The translations under genes and the position numbers were made by a program. Positions 1-13,281 of a DNA stretch of 64,000 nucleotides are shown piece after piece. Position 1 is the stretch's first letter, and each line of letters opens with the position of its first letter. Under the pieces are notes generated by a model, which did no database searches, was not told the origin of the DNA, and saw only the letters and a list, made by a program, of their open reading frames with translations. Location of the stretch: positions 42,394,838-42,458,837 of the forward strand of contig NC_068997.1 in NCBI RefSeq assembly GCF_001194135.2. The letters are read 5' to 3'. This stretch comes from Octopus bimaculoides (lineage: Eukaryota).

Positions 1-115
1 GCCTTAAAAACAGGAGCTAACCACAGTTATTTTGTGTTCTTTGCTACATTGGTTTCTATTAACCCATTTATTCTATCAGAAGAATTTTTATTCATTAAAA
101 TAGAAGAAATACACA

Positions 116-157
<42 letters not shown>

Positions 158-323
158 TACGACAGGCTTCTTTCAGTTTCCGTCTACCAAATCCACTCAC
201 AAGGCTTTGGTCGGCCCGAGGCTATAGTAGAAGACACTTGCCCAAGGTGCCACGCAGTGGGACTGAACCCAGAACCAGGTGGTTGGTAAGCAAGCTACTT
301 ACCACACAGCCACTCCTGCGCCT
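158..323 (-). mobile_element. SINE family B (CORE-like), head region
   Basis: Minus strand: ggcgcaggagtggctgtgtggtaag...ggttcagtcccactgcgtggcaccttgggcaagtgtc. The ccttgggcaagt segment resembles the CORE-SINE domain. Followed by (TA)n. Confidence 0.7.
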
Positions 324-635
324 ATTATTGTTAATTAAATTCAAAACTTCAGGTTAAGAGGGGAAGGGCAAGTGAGATGCAAAAGCATTATAGATATGAA
401 ATTAAGCAAAAAAAATAGGTTTTGTCTGGAGAAGTGTATATTCTTCCGGTTTATTTTTCTCAACAAGAAAGAAAGAGCCGGTTGTAACACGGAAGACAAA
501 GGATTCATGTGCGTGTGTATGTATGCAGGTGCGAAGGTGTGTTAGTATGCAGGTGTGTATGTGTCAGTGTGCAAGTATAGATTTTATTGAGTATGTGGAC
601 CGATGTGTTTTTATGTCTGTATATACAGGGTGTCC

Positions 636-1002
636 GGAGGCGCAATGGCCCAGTGGTTAGGGCACCAGACTCGCGGTTTCGATTCCCAGACCGGGCGTTG
701 TGAGTGTTTATTGAGCGAAAACACCTAAAGCTCCACGAGGCTCCGGCAGGGGATGGTGGCGAACCCTGCTGTACTCTTCCACCACAACTTTCTCTCACCC
801 TTACTTCTTGTTTTTGTTGTACCTGTAATTCAAAGAGTCAGCCTTGTCACACTGTATCATGTTGAATATCTCCAAGAACTACGTTAAGGGTACACGTGTC
901 TGTGGAGTGCTCAGTCACTTGCACGTTAATTTCACGAGCAGGCTGTTCCATTGATCGGATCAACTGGAACCCTCGACGCCGTAAGCGACAGAGTGCCAAC
1001 AA
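636..1002 (+). mobile_element. tRNA-derived SINE, family A (ggaggcgcaatggcccagtgg head)
   Basis: A-box TGGCCCAGTGG and B-box GGTTTCGATTCC, caa tail, 13-bp TSD atacagggtgtcc (623-635 and 1003-1015). Five copies in the window. Confidence 0.85.
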
Positions 1003-1005
1003 ATA

Positions 1006-1132
1006 CAGGGTGTCCACAAGGTCTGGGTGCATGGAGTAAATAAAATCATAACATAAACAATTAAATATAAGAAATAATAATTTCTTAAAGTATGTATTAA
1101 TCCCCATGTACCCAGACTTTGTGGACACCCTG
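1006..1132. mobile_element. Tc1/mariner-type MITE
   Basis: About 29-bp TIRs cagggtgtccacaa(g/a)gtctgggt(g/a)catgg flanked by TA on both sides. Its left TIR is the target of the SINE at 636-1002. Confidence 0.8.
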
Positions 1133-1394
1133 TATATACGACACATGTTTGCATTAAGCACCTATAGATTTAAACTTTCTGAATGCTTTGCATGTTTTCA
1201 CAGTTCCACTAATAGCTATGAGTTTTGTTTGTGTGAGGATTGTCGAGAAAGACATACCTAAGAAGATGGTTTCAGTAACCTGCCCTTCTGTGTCTGATGG
1301 GTCAGAAGAGAAACACATGTTTTGCCAGAAACCATTAGCATAGAATTTGCAGAGTTCCAACCAGTCAACTGAATTGGAGTTACATATGCTTATA

Positions 1395-1750
1395 ATTATA
1401 TAAAGCAGTGATTGGACAATACAAGAGGTGAAGAGATGGTTATAGTTTGATAGAGGTTGAGTTTGGAGATGGCAAATAGATCAAGGGTTTTAGGCTGTGT
1501 TGGTCAAGGATGAGTTTAGAAAATGAAACTAGGTGATGTAAAATGTTTAGGATTTACAGATTTTGCTTCTGCACCAGCAACTTCACAATGAGATGAGTGT
1601 TTGAGCCTAGAAGAAATGTAGGTGTTAAGGTTTCCAAGGAGAGGTATAAAGTGAAATAAATGTCTTCAATACAAGAAGAAATATGGTTGAAGAGCTGATA
1701 GTGGTTGGAGGGATTTAAAGAACCTTAGCAGAAGATATATTTTGAGGAGA
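1395..1750 (-). mobile_element. Degenerate CR1/L2-type LINE ORF2 fragment (APE endonuclease)
   Basis: Minus-strand translation with stops: IPLLGNLN...AGAEAK...HP*PTQPKTLDLFAISKLNLYQTITISSPLVLSNHCFI, matching the APE motifs ILGDFN, TLDLFLT and SPLGxSDH. Confidence 0.6.
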
Positions 1751-2435
1751 GAGAGAGACTCTGACCCAGAATAACTGGAAGACTGTGTTGCTGATATCCA
1801 GATGAGAGAATTGAGTGACAGGAAAGTGGAATCGGCATATTATACAGACACAACCATTTGGAGTAAAGCTTGAGTAAAGAATATAGCCTGGACAACAGAG
1901 ATGAACTATACCTAAGAGACTGCATTAAGAGAGGAATGGGACATGTGGTTTGCATGTCAGTTTGTAAATGTGTGGGTTGGATCTGAGTTCATGAATGTTA
2001 GAAAAGATGTGGGAGAATTCTTCAGCAGATTTAGTTTTAGTTTTTAGTAACTAGAGAAATGTTGAGGGTGTGCCATGGAGTCAAAGTAATCAACTGCCAG
2101 GAGACTAGTTTGAATGCTAACTACAGGGCAACCTCCACTAGAGGCACACATAAACAAGAGCTAGTATTAAAAAAGAGGAGAAGCTACACCAAATACAAAA
2201 GCTAACATTAGATAAATGGTGACTCAAACTTAAGTGTTGAAATCAGTAATGTAATTAAATGGTTCATAATTAACCTCAAATTTTCATGCTTAGAAACTGA
2301 ATTATTTAAGATAAAAAAAGGGAGAGATATATCAGTAGTAGTAGTAGTAGTAGCAGTAGTAAATATGTAAATAAGTAAATGTCTGTCACCGACATTACCA
2401 GTATTCAGAAGTCCTTCCCTCTCAGTTGTTCTTGA

Positions 2436-2475
<40 letters not shown>

Positions 2476-2813
2476 CCACCTCATCATTATTATCATCCTT
2501 TAGCATCCGGTTTCCATACTAGCATGGGTTGGACAGTTTGACCAGAGCTGGTCAGCTGGAGAGCTGCACCAGGCTCCAGTCTGATTTGGTATAGTTTCAA
2601 TGGTTGGACGCCCTTCCTAAGGCAAATGAGGAGTGCTGGGCACCTTTATGTGGCACTGACTCAAGCGCTTTTTATGTGGAACCATCACAGGACTGTTGCA
2701 GGCCCATCCTCTTCACCAGGGGGAAGGCAGCCTTAACACTTTTGTTATGGAGGTTGGGTCTTCTTGAGTACAGCAAGGCACCAGGTATCTCAGTCCGTCA
2801 TCATCTCATCTGA

Positions 2814-3219
2814 AAGAGGTTCTCAACATGGGTGGTACCACCCCCACAAGCGGGACTCTGGGTATGTCAAAGATGGCATTAAGCTTTAGGGAGTGGTGAC
2901 GTAACATAATTAACATGTCAAATTTTACCTATTGTAGTAATGATAAAACTTGTAATAATCATTAAAATAAAATGAGATCTCATCAGACACAGGAAATTCA
3001 TTAACTTGCAATATATAAAATAAACTTACAACTTTTGTCTGTATTAATTTATCATTTCACTATTAAAAACTTATACAATCCATTTTCAGAGTAAAATTTA
3101 TAAATCATCATTCATACTAAGTTTATTCACAATACCTCACTCGTCACTAAAGTGGGCACTAGGCATAACAACTGCTTAAAAGGGAAGTGGGCTACAAAAA
3201 TAAATGTTAAGAACTACTG
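2814..3219. mobile_element. Old hAT-Charlie-like non-autonomous element
   Basis: Termini aagaggttctcaac and gttaagaactactg resemble the CAGTGGTTCTCAAC TIR. TSD not recognisable. Confidence 0.4.
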
Positions 3220-4562
3220 CTCTACAACATGTATTAAGCACTCCTTTCTAATTTGCTAAACATTAGGCAATGTGCATGTGTGTGTATATTTGCATATTTA
3301 TATGTATATTACACACACACACACACACACACTTGTATTTTTCTACTTGTTTCGGTCATTAAACTGCAGTCAAGCTGAGGCTCTGACTTGAAGGATTTAG
3401 TCAAAAGAGATTTCTCCAGTATTTATTTTAAGTTTGGTATTTATTTGTCAGACATTTTTATTTTTGTTTTTGCTGAACCGCTAAGCTATAGAGATGTAAA
3501 CAGATAACGCATTTTGTCAAGCAGTTCCACTTTCCCATGCTTGCATTGGATTAGATAGAATTTGTTGTGGTAGATTTTCTACGACTAGCGGCTTTTCTTG
3601 TTTCCAATCCACACTTGTTTCAAAGCTAGGCAACATTTCCCTGTGAACTAGATATGTTTTCATGGAAGACTGGAAACAAATGTCATACACTGTTAGTATG
3701 ACAGTGACTTTTCTTTACAACTGTCAGTTGATGTCCAGATGAGGAGTCACCAATAAACACACACACACACACATACTCTCTCTCTCTCTCTCACACACAC
3801 ACATGCATGAGCAGCTTCTTTCAGTTTCTATCTGTCAAATCCACTCACAAGGCTTTGGTCAACCTAAGACTTTCATAGGAGACACTTGCCCAAGGTGCCA
3901 TATGCAGTGGGACTGAGCCCAAGTCTCCATGTTTGGGAAGCAAACTTCTTAACCACACAGCCATACCTGTGCATATATATATATATTACATATATATATG
4001 TATAGATGGAGATGGATAGATAGATAAATAGACAGACAGATAGATAGATACATAGATATATACATACATACACACACACACAAATAGATAGTGTGTACTG
4101 GGTGCTTTTATCATTCCACTTGCACTATTGAGCTACATGTTGCTCTCAGCAGTACTGGTGCCACAAAAGAAAATCCATTACACACTGTAAAGTGGTTGGC
4201 ATTAGGATGAGCATCCAGCAGTAGAAACCATGCCAAAACAGACGCTGGAATATGATGCAGTCCTTCACTCATTGGATCCTTGTTAAACTGTCCAACACAT
4301 GCCAGAATAGAACATGAATGTTAAATGATGATGACAGTGACTTCAAAGTTACAGCTTGCTCATCTTCATTGGACAGTGTGATGAAAGTGAGAAGCTATGC
4401 GACTTCAAAGTCACTATCAACCTTTCCATTATAAAAGTACTCTACTAAAAAGTATTTAGTAATCGTATATATTTATTCTACTAAAAAGTATTTAGTAATC
4501 GTACAGTTTAATGTTAAATTGTTTTTATACATAATTTGACATAAAAACAAACATTGATAAAT

Positions 4563-4900
4563 ACATCATCATTGTCGTCATTGTTTAACGTCCACTTTCC
4601 ATGCTGGTATGGGTTGGATGGTTTGACTGAGGACTGGCAAGCCAGAAGGCTGTACCAGGCTCCAATCTGATCTGGAAAAGTTTCTACAGCTGGATGCCCT
4701 TCCTAATGCCAACCACTCCAAGAGTGTAGTGGGTGATTTTTACATGCCACCAGCATGAGGGCCAGTCAGGTGGTACTGGCATCGACCATGCTTGAAAGGT
4801 GCTTTTTACATGCCACCGGCATGGGAGCCAGTCAGGCAGCATTGGCAATGACCGAGCTCGATTGATGCTTTTTACATGCTATCAGCACAGGTGCCAGACT
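4563..4900 (-). mobile_element. RTE LINE 3' UTR fragment (older copy)
   Basis: catcatc...gtttaacgtccactttccatgctggtatgggttgg, homologous to the RTE 3' end at 49488-49923. Similar decayed copies at about 2490-2700, 4180-4340, 8440-8700, 11310-11520, 27340-27560, 32800-33000, 38695-38890, 46930-47090 and 48760-48920. Confidence 0.7.
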
Positions 4901-4958
4901 ACATGCATAAATAGTGTGTGTGTGTGTATGTGTCTGTGTGTGGGTGGGTGGGTGTGTT

Positions 4959-5009
<51 letters not shown>

Positions 5010-5013
5010 TTGT

Positions 5014-5233
5014 TATGTTAAACTGTCGTATGTCCAAATTTGTCCAGATGCGTTTTTTCCAATATTTATTTTTGCTTGCAATAGCCAGTTCTTTTGGTCA
5101 AACTATCGTATCTTCAGATGCTAAGACATCAAGAATTGTAAAAGTGTAGAACAACGCTTAAGCTATGGAGTGGCAAAACTATTATTTCGTTTTCTGAAAA
5201 AGCAACATTTTGGACTTATGACAGTTTTGCATA
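5014..5233. mobile_element. Unclassified MITE with ~29-bp imperfect TIRs
   Basis: tatgttaaactgtcgtatgtccaaatttgt versus reverse complement of the right end, tatgcaaaactgtcataagtccaaaatgt. Confidence 0.5.
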
Positions 5234-5974
5234 ATAACAACAACAACAACAACAACAAAACACACACACACACACACACACACTCATGAATATGTATATA
5301 TAGAAATGTAGAAAAGAATCAAACTGAGGAACTAAGTTATGCAATTAACAAAAATGAGTTACAGTGCAGCTAATTAGAAAGTCAATTAGTTTAGATGAGA
5401 GCTTGTAACTATACAAATAAACTAAAGCTAATTATAAGCAGCAAGCAGAAACAGTGATCTCTGCATATGCACCATAACTAGGACTTGCAAATGAATAAAG
5501 GACTGTTTCTATGAAGTCTTTCTTGCAGACAACCTCATTAACAGACAACAGTGACCTCGTTCTCATAGCTGATCATTATAATACAAGGCTCTTTAAGTTC
5601 CATGGTGCAAATGACCCAACAATTTGAAACACTAACTTCAGGAAATTTGGCTACCCATTAATCACCTAAAATTCAGTCAAACATAAAAGCCAGATATATT
5701 TCATACACATCAGAAAACAAAATAAATAAGTGGTTGCGAATGCTAAATTTTTAACTAGTAAAGAATTTCAGACTGACAATTATATCAGAGTAAGGGCTTG
5801 ATAGACTCTGAGACCTAAGACAGTTTGAAGAAGGAATGAAATCTGAAATTTCCTTCATCAAGACACTGCTTCAAAGTACTTGGTGTGAAGATGGAGGATG
5901 AGACAGAGGGCTTCATATGTAAGAAGAGTACAGAAGCAATTAGCAGCAAAAGTACATATAAATTCTTTGAGTGT

Positions 5975-6490
5975 TCAGTGAGTTTCCTAGAAGTAACTGA
6001 TAGCTTCTGTAACTTAGGTGACCTAGTTAGAGCTTAGTATCCAGAGTAAGAAAATGTTGGTAAAAGCTGAGTTCTTCAACTGTCAACAAAGGGAAGTGTC
6101 TCTCTGACAGAAGGGCAGATTGTATGATGCTTAAGTATGAAATGTGATTTTGCATGGTAGAGAAGCATAGTTATTTAATGGAGATGGTGGAAAGAAATGA
6201 AGCTAGCATGCTCTGCTGGATGTATAATGTTAGTGTACATGAAGGACATGGCAGAGTACAAATAAGCTGAGAAAAAAAGTAGGTGCTATAGGAATCAAGT
6301 ATAGTGTGTAAGAAAGAAAACTGAGCTATTGCACATGACAGGATGGTAAATTGGTGAAGAAGTGCCAAGTAACTCAAGTGGATAGAATATGAGAGAGGAA
6401 GACATGATGAAAGCTGATATCAGGATTCAGAACCTCATGAAAGAAATGACAAAGGACCACAAGTGAAGAGACACTGTTGGAAAAGATCTG
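5975..6490 (+). mobile_element. Degenerate RTE LINE ORF2 C-terminal fragment
   Basis: Decayed match to DSFxYLGD...KGRLYDA...ERNEASMLxWMxNVSVH, homologous to the younger RTE copy at 44075-44230. Confidence 0.65.
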
Positions 6491-6512
6491 TAGGTGTGTG
6501 TGTGTATGTGTG

Positions 6513-6542
<30 letters not shown>

Positions 6543-6543
<1 letters not shown>

Positions 6544-6870
6544 CATCATCATCATCATCATCGTTTAACGTCCGCTTTCCATGTTAGCACATAGGTTGGA
6601 CGATTTGACTGAGGACTGGTGAACCGGATGGCTGCACCAGGCTCCAATCTGATCTGGCAGACTTTCTACAGCTGGATGCCCTTCCTAACGCCAACCACTC
6701 CGAGAGTGTAGCGGGTGCTTTTACATGCCACCAGCACGACGGCCAGTCAGGCGGTACTGGCAACGGCCACTCTCAAAATGGTGTATTTTACATGCCACCT
6801 GCACAAGAGCCAGTCCAGCGGCACTGGCAACGACCTCGTTCGAATGTTTTCTAATGTGCCATTGGCACAA
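6543..6870 (-). mobile_element. RTE LINE 3' UTR, relatively young copy
   Basis: (cat)n tail then gtttaacgtccgctttccatg..., with internal tandem units. Confidence 0.8.
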
Positions 6871-7241
6871 GTGCCAGTAAGGCTATAGTAGAAGACACTT
6901 GCCCAAGGTGCCACGCAGTGTGACTGAACCCGGAACCATGTTGGTTCGTAAGCAAGCTACTTACCACACAGCCACTCCTACAATACTAATAATTGATGAA
7001 GGAAACAGAACCAAAATACAGCAGGCAAGAACACCATGCCTAGTATATCTCAGTATATCTAGCAGGACATTCCCTTCTTTATGCATATACTTGATGTGAC
7101 ATAAACTGCACAGATTGATGCAACACAATTAGATGCACAAAATCCTACCCATAATGGACAGTTGAAGAATGAGTCAAAAAGATCACCATACTGAATAAAG
7201 ACTAGCGCTAAATCTATCGTCCGTTTCCTACATCTATTATG

Positions 7242-7273
<32 letters not shown>

Positions 7274-7278
7274 TACTA

Positions 7279-7311
<33 letters not shown>

Positions 7312-7636
7312 ATGTGTGTGTGTGTGCATATACATGTNNNNNNNNNNNNNNNNNNNNNNNNNNNNNNNNNNNNNNNNNNNNNNNNNNNNNNNNNNNNNNN
7401 NNNNNNNNNNNNNNNNNNNNNNNNNNNNNNNNNNNNNNNNNNNNNNNNNNNNNNNNNNNNNNNNNNNNNNNNNNNNNNNNNNNNNNNNNNNNNNNNNNNN
7501 NNNNNNNNNNNNNNNNNNNNNNNNNNNNNNNNNNNNNNNNNNNNNNNNNNNNNNNNNNNNNNNNNNNNNNNNNNNNNNNNNNNNNNNNNNNNNNNNNNNN
7601 NNNNNNNNNNNNNNNNNNNNNNNNNNNNNNNNNNNC

Positions 7637-7962
7637 TGAGCGTGACCGTTGCCAGTACCGCCTGACTGGCCTTGTAGGGCTTTCGAGCAAGATCATTGCC
7701 AGTGCCCCTGGACTGGCTCTTGTGCGGGTGGCACATAAAAGACACCATTTCGAGCGTGGCCGTTTTCGTGCGGGTGACACGTAAAAGCACCCACTACACT
7801 CTCTGAGTGGTTGGCGTTAGGAAGGGCATCCAGCTGTAGAAACTCTGCCAAATTAGATTGGAGCCTGGTGTAGCCATCCGGTTGCACCAGTCCTCAGTCA
7901 AATCGTCCAACCCATGCTAGCATGGAAAGCGGACGTTAAACAATGATGATGATGATGATGAT
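7637..7962 (+). mobile_element. Young RTE LINE 3' end (5' part in gap)
   Basis: Near-identical to 49600-49923, ends ggaaagcggacgttaaacaatgatgatgat. Confidence 0.85.
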
Positions 7963-7965
7963 ATA

Positions 7966-8283
7966 CAGGCGCAGTGAATAAATTAACGTCTGAATTATGC
8001 AAAAATGAAAATAACACTGACATCTCATTTTGACAGATATATTTACCAAAATTACATAAAAATATCTCGAAATACTAAATTTATTCAATAAAATCGCCAT
8101 TAGTTTCAACCACAGCCTTCAGACAACTTCAAAATCTCCTGAAACTTTTCTGACTGGTTTCCTTGTTTAAGTTGGTGAATGCTGCGATAATTCTTGCCTT
8201 CAGTTCATCTTTGGTGTTACAAGGAGTTTTGTTAGTCTCTCGTTCAACTGTGCCCCCACACATAATAATCAAGGAGGTTGCAG
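7966..8283 (-). mobile_element. Tc1/mariner transposon 3' remnant
   Basis: TA + CAGG terminus at 7964-7969. Minus-strand translation with frameshifts: CNLLDYYVWG...TPCNTKDELKARIIAAFTNLNKE...VVETNGDFIE*, a typical mariner/maT-like C-terminus. Confidence 0.8.
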
Positions 8284-8745
8284 TGTGACACATGTAAGGG
8301 ACTAGGATGGCCCTTTAAATTATGTAATAGTTAACCTAGTAAGCTTATCATGCACACACACACACACACACACATACACACACACACGTACATACATGAT
8401 GATTTGCAGCACTTGAGAAGACACATCAAGCTAAGTGAAATTGTGGCTAGTGCTGGTGACATGTATGATAGAAGGCACCCATCCTGGTGACATGCAAGAA
8501 GCACCCATGCCGGAGACACATAAGAGACACCCAGTACATTTTGTAAAGTGCTTAGCATCAGGAAGAGCATTCAGCCATAGAAACCAAGCCAAAACAGATG
8601 ACTAGAACCTGGTGCTACTCTCTGGATTACTGGGTCCAGTTAAACTGTCTAACCCATGCCAGCATAGAAAACAGACATGAAATGATGGTGATGATGATAT
8701 GAATGTACGTATATATATACATATATATACATGTACATTTAAGTG

Positions 8746-8833
<88 letters not shown>

Positions 8834-9824
8834 GGAGTAAGCACATGAAATGTGCATCGTTATCCTTCCTCCATTTCTAACAAAACTGTCCGATGAACGG
8901 GAACGTGAAACTCAGACTAACGGTTTTTTTGTTATATTTCTGCTGCTTTTAAATAAAGTATATATATATATATATATATCTGAGGTGACTCCAGGTCATC
9001 AGCGTCAGTTGGGTTCATTACAGATTTCGTATAAGACACATGCCTGCTTGAAGAATTTCACATTTTTCCACAATATTTCTAGCCCCAAATGACATTTCTT
9101 AGATCTACCACTATGCATTTCTCCATTACTGTATTATTTAATAATTATGTGCTAATGAATGTGTATGATCTCATCACCTGATTGCAATATTGTGGGTTTG
9201 ATTGATGGAGCCAGCAAAGCATTATAGCCTTGAGCAAAATACTTTATTTCACATTTCTCCAGTCCATACAGCTGAAAAATTAGTACTTGTCTAGTGGTAG
9301 TATAGTCCTCTCTCTCCTTCCAGCTGTCGTATCCTGGATGTTTTGTTGGATCAAGGATGTGAAAGTTGAGAGAATGTCAAATGTCAGTGTTTGTTCATGA
9401 CTACATGGTTAATTAAAGCACACAGCAAAAATATAGCATATACTACCTAGTCATACACGTTTGTGAGTGACAGCAGTAGTTTCAACTTATGACAAAGCAA
9501 AAGTAATCAAGTATTTTACAGAAGTTATGCTTGTTATTATTATTTTCAGCAATCTGCTTTCTTTTGTAGTTGTGAAGACAAGGTTTTCAAGTTAACTGTC
9601 GTAAAGCAAATACCATTGAATTTGCTTTGCTTATAGATATTAACAATGAAGTAAGTGGATGGTCTTACGAATTGATAAATTATGTTAAGTTAATATAATA
9701 TAAAGAAAGTTGTCAATAATGCAGATCATATAAGGTGAGAAAATCTCAAACTTTCAATCAATATCTTTTTCTGTTAGTAAAGTTCAGTGATGCAACAAGG
9801 GTTGTTAATGAGAAAATATATTTA

Positions 9825-10936
9825 ACTAGCAGAAATACCCGGCTTTGCCCGGGTTAAAGAGAATAATGAAATCTAAAAACGCTGTCTAGACTACGCAACC
9901 CTCAACTGTTAGTAGCTACGATACCATATTTCTACATTAATAACTCTCCAATCCATGCCAGCATGGAACATAGACATTAAGTGGAATGCCAGTCTCTCAT
10001 CTAGGAGGGCCTTGAAATCAATGTTACCAACTGGGGACTATGTGTGTCGTAGTGATAATAAAAAGACCCAAAGGAGGTCTGCAACGAAATAATTTTACTC
10101 AACATTTTGCAAGTGAATCAGTGGAGGCAAAGATGCGTCTCATTTACTTGACAATTTATNNNNNNNNNNNNNNNNNNNNNNNNNNNNNNNNNNNNNNNNN
10201 NNNNNNNNNNNNNNNNNNNNNNNNNNNNNNNNNNNNNNNNNNNNNNNNNNNNNNNNNNNNNNNNNNNNNNNNNNNNNNNNNNNNNNNNNNNNNNNNNNNN
10301 NNNNNNNNNNNNNNNNNNNNNNNNNNNNNNNNNNNNNNNNNNNNNNNNNNNNNNNNNNNNNNNNNNNNNNNNNNNNNNNNNNNNNNNNNNNNNNNNNNNN
10401 NNNNNNNNNNNNNNNNNNNNNNNNNNNNNNNNNNNNNNNNNNNNNNNNNNNNNNNNNNNNNNNNNNNNNNNNNNNNNNNNNNNNNNNNNNNNNNNNNNNN
10501 NNNNNNNNNNNNNNNNNNNNNNNNNNNNNNNNNNNNNNNNNNNNNNNNNNNNNNNNNNNNNNNNNNNNNNNNNNNNNNNNNNNNNNNNNNNNNNNNNNNN
10601 NNNNNNNNNNNNNNNNNNNNNNNNNNNNNNNNNNNNNNNNNNNNNNNNNNNNNNNNNNNNNNNNNNNNNNNNNNNNNNNNNNNNNNNNNNNNNNNNNNNN
10701 NNNNNNNNNTAGTAGAATAGTTTCATTTTTAAAGTGAAAGTATTTGACATGAGTGTTTTTGTTTCACTTTTGACACGTAATACTTAAATAGTGGAGGAGA
10801 TATTATGTTGCTGTGGGCTCGAACTCTGCAAGAAGTTAAAATTTTTTTTGACTAAAACACAACTGGAACCCTAAGTAAGGCATCTGTAAAATTTGAATGA
10901 AATTGGTTGCGTAGTTCTCGAGTTTTAGGGATTCAC

Positions 10937-10967
<31 letters not shown>

Positions 10968-10993
10968 CACATTCTCATTTTTATATATATAGA
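9825..10993 (+). mobile_element. Helitron-like non-autonomous element (Lep1/HINE-type), spans a gap
   Basis: 5' end actagcagaaatacccggctttgcccggg (short hairpin). 3' end has (acag)n then attctcatttttatatatatagat, T-rich flanks. This is the layout of Lep1-type elements. Confidence 0.6.
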
Positions 10994-11666
10994 TTTTCTT
11001 ACAGAAAGAGTAATATAGCATCTGGTGTACATGACTTGTTGATTGTAGCTAATGTCTTTTTGCAGCTGCCTGGACTAAAGTTAAAAGAGTGTCCCAGTTC
11101 TTTCCCATTATCACAATGATATGTCTTTATCCATAATCCAGTCTTGCCCTGCCTAAGGAACAAGCAACATGGGAAATCTCCAGAGTAACAGACCAATGCT
11201 TAAGCATTGTCCATGTTCCCTGCTGGCATAGGTTGGACCAATATCTATACATATATAGTGTGAATGTGTGTGTATGTATGTGAGTGTTTGTGAATGTGTG
11301 TATCATTATTATCATCATCATCATCAACATCATTCAACAGCCATACTCCATGCTGGCATGGGTTAGTCAGTTTAACAGGATCTGATTGATCTCAAGATTG
11401 TATTGTACTCCAATATCTGCTTATTGCAGGGCTTTTACAGTTGGATGCTTTCCTAATACCAACCACTTTACAGTATGTATTGGGTGCATTTTTCATGGCA
11501 CAGCACCAATGATGTCACCAGGAAGTCTGCAAGATTAAGATCCCCTTTGACAGAGTGGGACTACAGAAGAGAGGAAGGTAGCTTTATGCTATGGAACAAG
11601 GGGTTCAAAGTGAGAGAGAAGGGGGGAGAATAAAACAGCTTTCTTGTTGTAGAGGAGCTACATGAC

Positions 11667-12140
11667 TAGTGATATAAATAAGAGTGTATTTTGCACCAAA
11701 ATCCAATATGAGAGTTTCTCTCATGACATCTACCACAGTATAGTTTGTTCTAACAGAACATTCACGTTTAAGTGGTGATAAATATTACCTCATGGTATAA
11801 TAAATATTTTTTAACAAGCTCACTGGTTGATCACAACACCAACACCTGTTCTGAGAGTGTCCATCCCTGACAAGACCAAGGAAGGTTGAAATGGCATGAT
11901 CTAATGGGGCTGGTGGGGATTATCTCCCTGTTAGTGATATAAGCATTTTGGACCAAAAAGCCAATAAGAGAGTTTCTCTCGTGGTAACTACCACAGTATA
12001 GTTTGTTCTAATAGAACATCCACGTTTAAGTGGAGATAAATATTACCTCTTGGTATTAATACTGCCTCTGTTGCTAACATACATGTTTTTAACAAGCTCC
12101 CTGGCTATTCATGACACCAGTGCCTGTTTTGGAACTGTTA
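11667..12140. repeat. Diverged direct duplication, two ~200-bp copies with ~265-bp period
   Basis: gagagtttctctc...taccacagtatagtttgttctaa(c/t)agaacat(t/c)cacgtttaagtgg(t/a)gataaatattacctc occurs at about 11716 and 11967. Confidence 0.75.
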
Positions 12141-12837
12141 TTCTATATATCTCTGGCAGAAGTGTGATAGGGGACGGGAGAACAGGAAGTGTGAGTGGGT
12201 AGAGTTTGTCAGAGTGTATGGGGGAGTGAAAGCTGGTTAGAGGTAGGGAATCGGTGAGAAAGTGAATATTATGAAGGACAAGAGGAGTGATATACAGAAG
12301 AAGGGAAAGTAGGTGACAACTGGAAATTGGGCTGATTTGAGGAGTGACCAATGTCATATGAATTAGGAGGAAGGTAAGTAAGAGGAGAATGGCTGATGAT
12401 GCAGTAAAAGTGGGGTGGGGTAGGGTGGAGAGCAGCAGACTACTACTACTAATAATAATGACAGGGGTAGAAAGAAAGAAGACGGGAGAAAAGGAGAGAA
12501 AGAGAGAGAGATGACATGTGGTTAGGGTGATTGAAAAAGTGTGGGATAGGCATAATGAATGGAGGGAGGGGGAGATGTATGATGGTGGAGGAGAGATAAT
12601 TTGGTGGCTCAGGAGTGTGATCACTGTAAAACGTGGGTTGAGGGAAAAGCGTAAACAAAACAAGACTTGTTTTGTTTACGCTTTTCCCTCCGGTTTTTTG
12701 TTCTATGTGTGCCATAAATATCGCCATCCGTTTTAGAGAAAAATTTGTAGTTTAGAATCAGTAGTTCTTTGACTGCTATTTCTAAATTTTCAGTATGTTG
12801 GAGAAGCAACTCAATTGCTAATCCCTGTATATTTATG

Positions 12838-12877
<40 letters not shown>

Positions 12878-13281
12878 TGAAGGTAATTAACAAAAAAAAC
12901 TTGCATGTCAACAGCCACTCAGGCATGACAGAGAAGTGACATGAATGAAGGAATGTCATTATACATGTACACATGTTGCATATAAATCAGGTTATCTAAC
13001 TCACACACACACACACACACAAAACCTGACTCCTATGTGACATTTATACATATATAAACCACATTTATTCATTTATGTCACTTCCGTCATAGGTGAGTGA
13101 TTGTTGATATGAAAGGTTTATACTTTTTAATAACCTGAGTGCTATATTTTAAGTGCAGGTGGCACGTAAAATGCACCATTTTGAGCGTGGCCGTTGCCAG
13201 TACACATACATAACATACATGCATGCACGCACACACACATACATACATACATACACACACATACATACACACATACATACA

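Noticed and set aside
636-720. tRNA-like sequences in SINE heads
   Set aside because: A and B boxes are present but there is no complete cloverleaf and each continues into a SINE body, so they are not called tRNA genes.
5821-5860. ttgaagaagg...tgaaa hammerhead-like string (similar partial cores at about 8990, 14007, 17704 and 48477)
   Set aside because: Core mutated or incomplete, with no consistent three-stem fold.
7059-7790. Long ORFs spanning N-runs (also about 10040, 42286, 44058, 52016 and 56423) and YIYI/HTHT/CVCV ORFs
   Set aside because: Artefacts of gaps and dinucleotide microsatellites.
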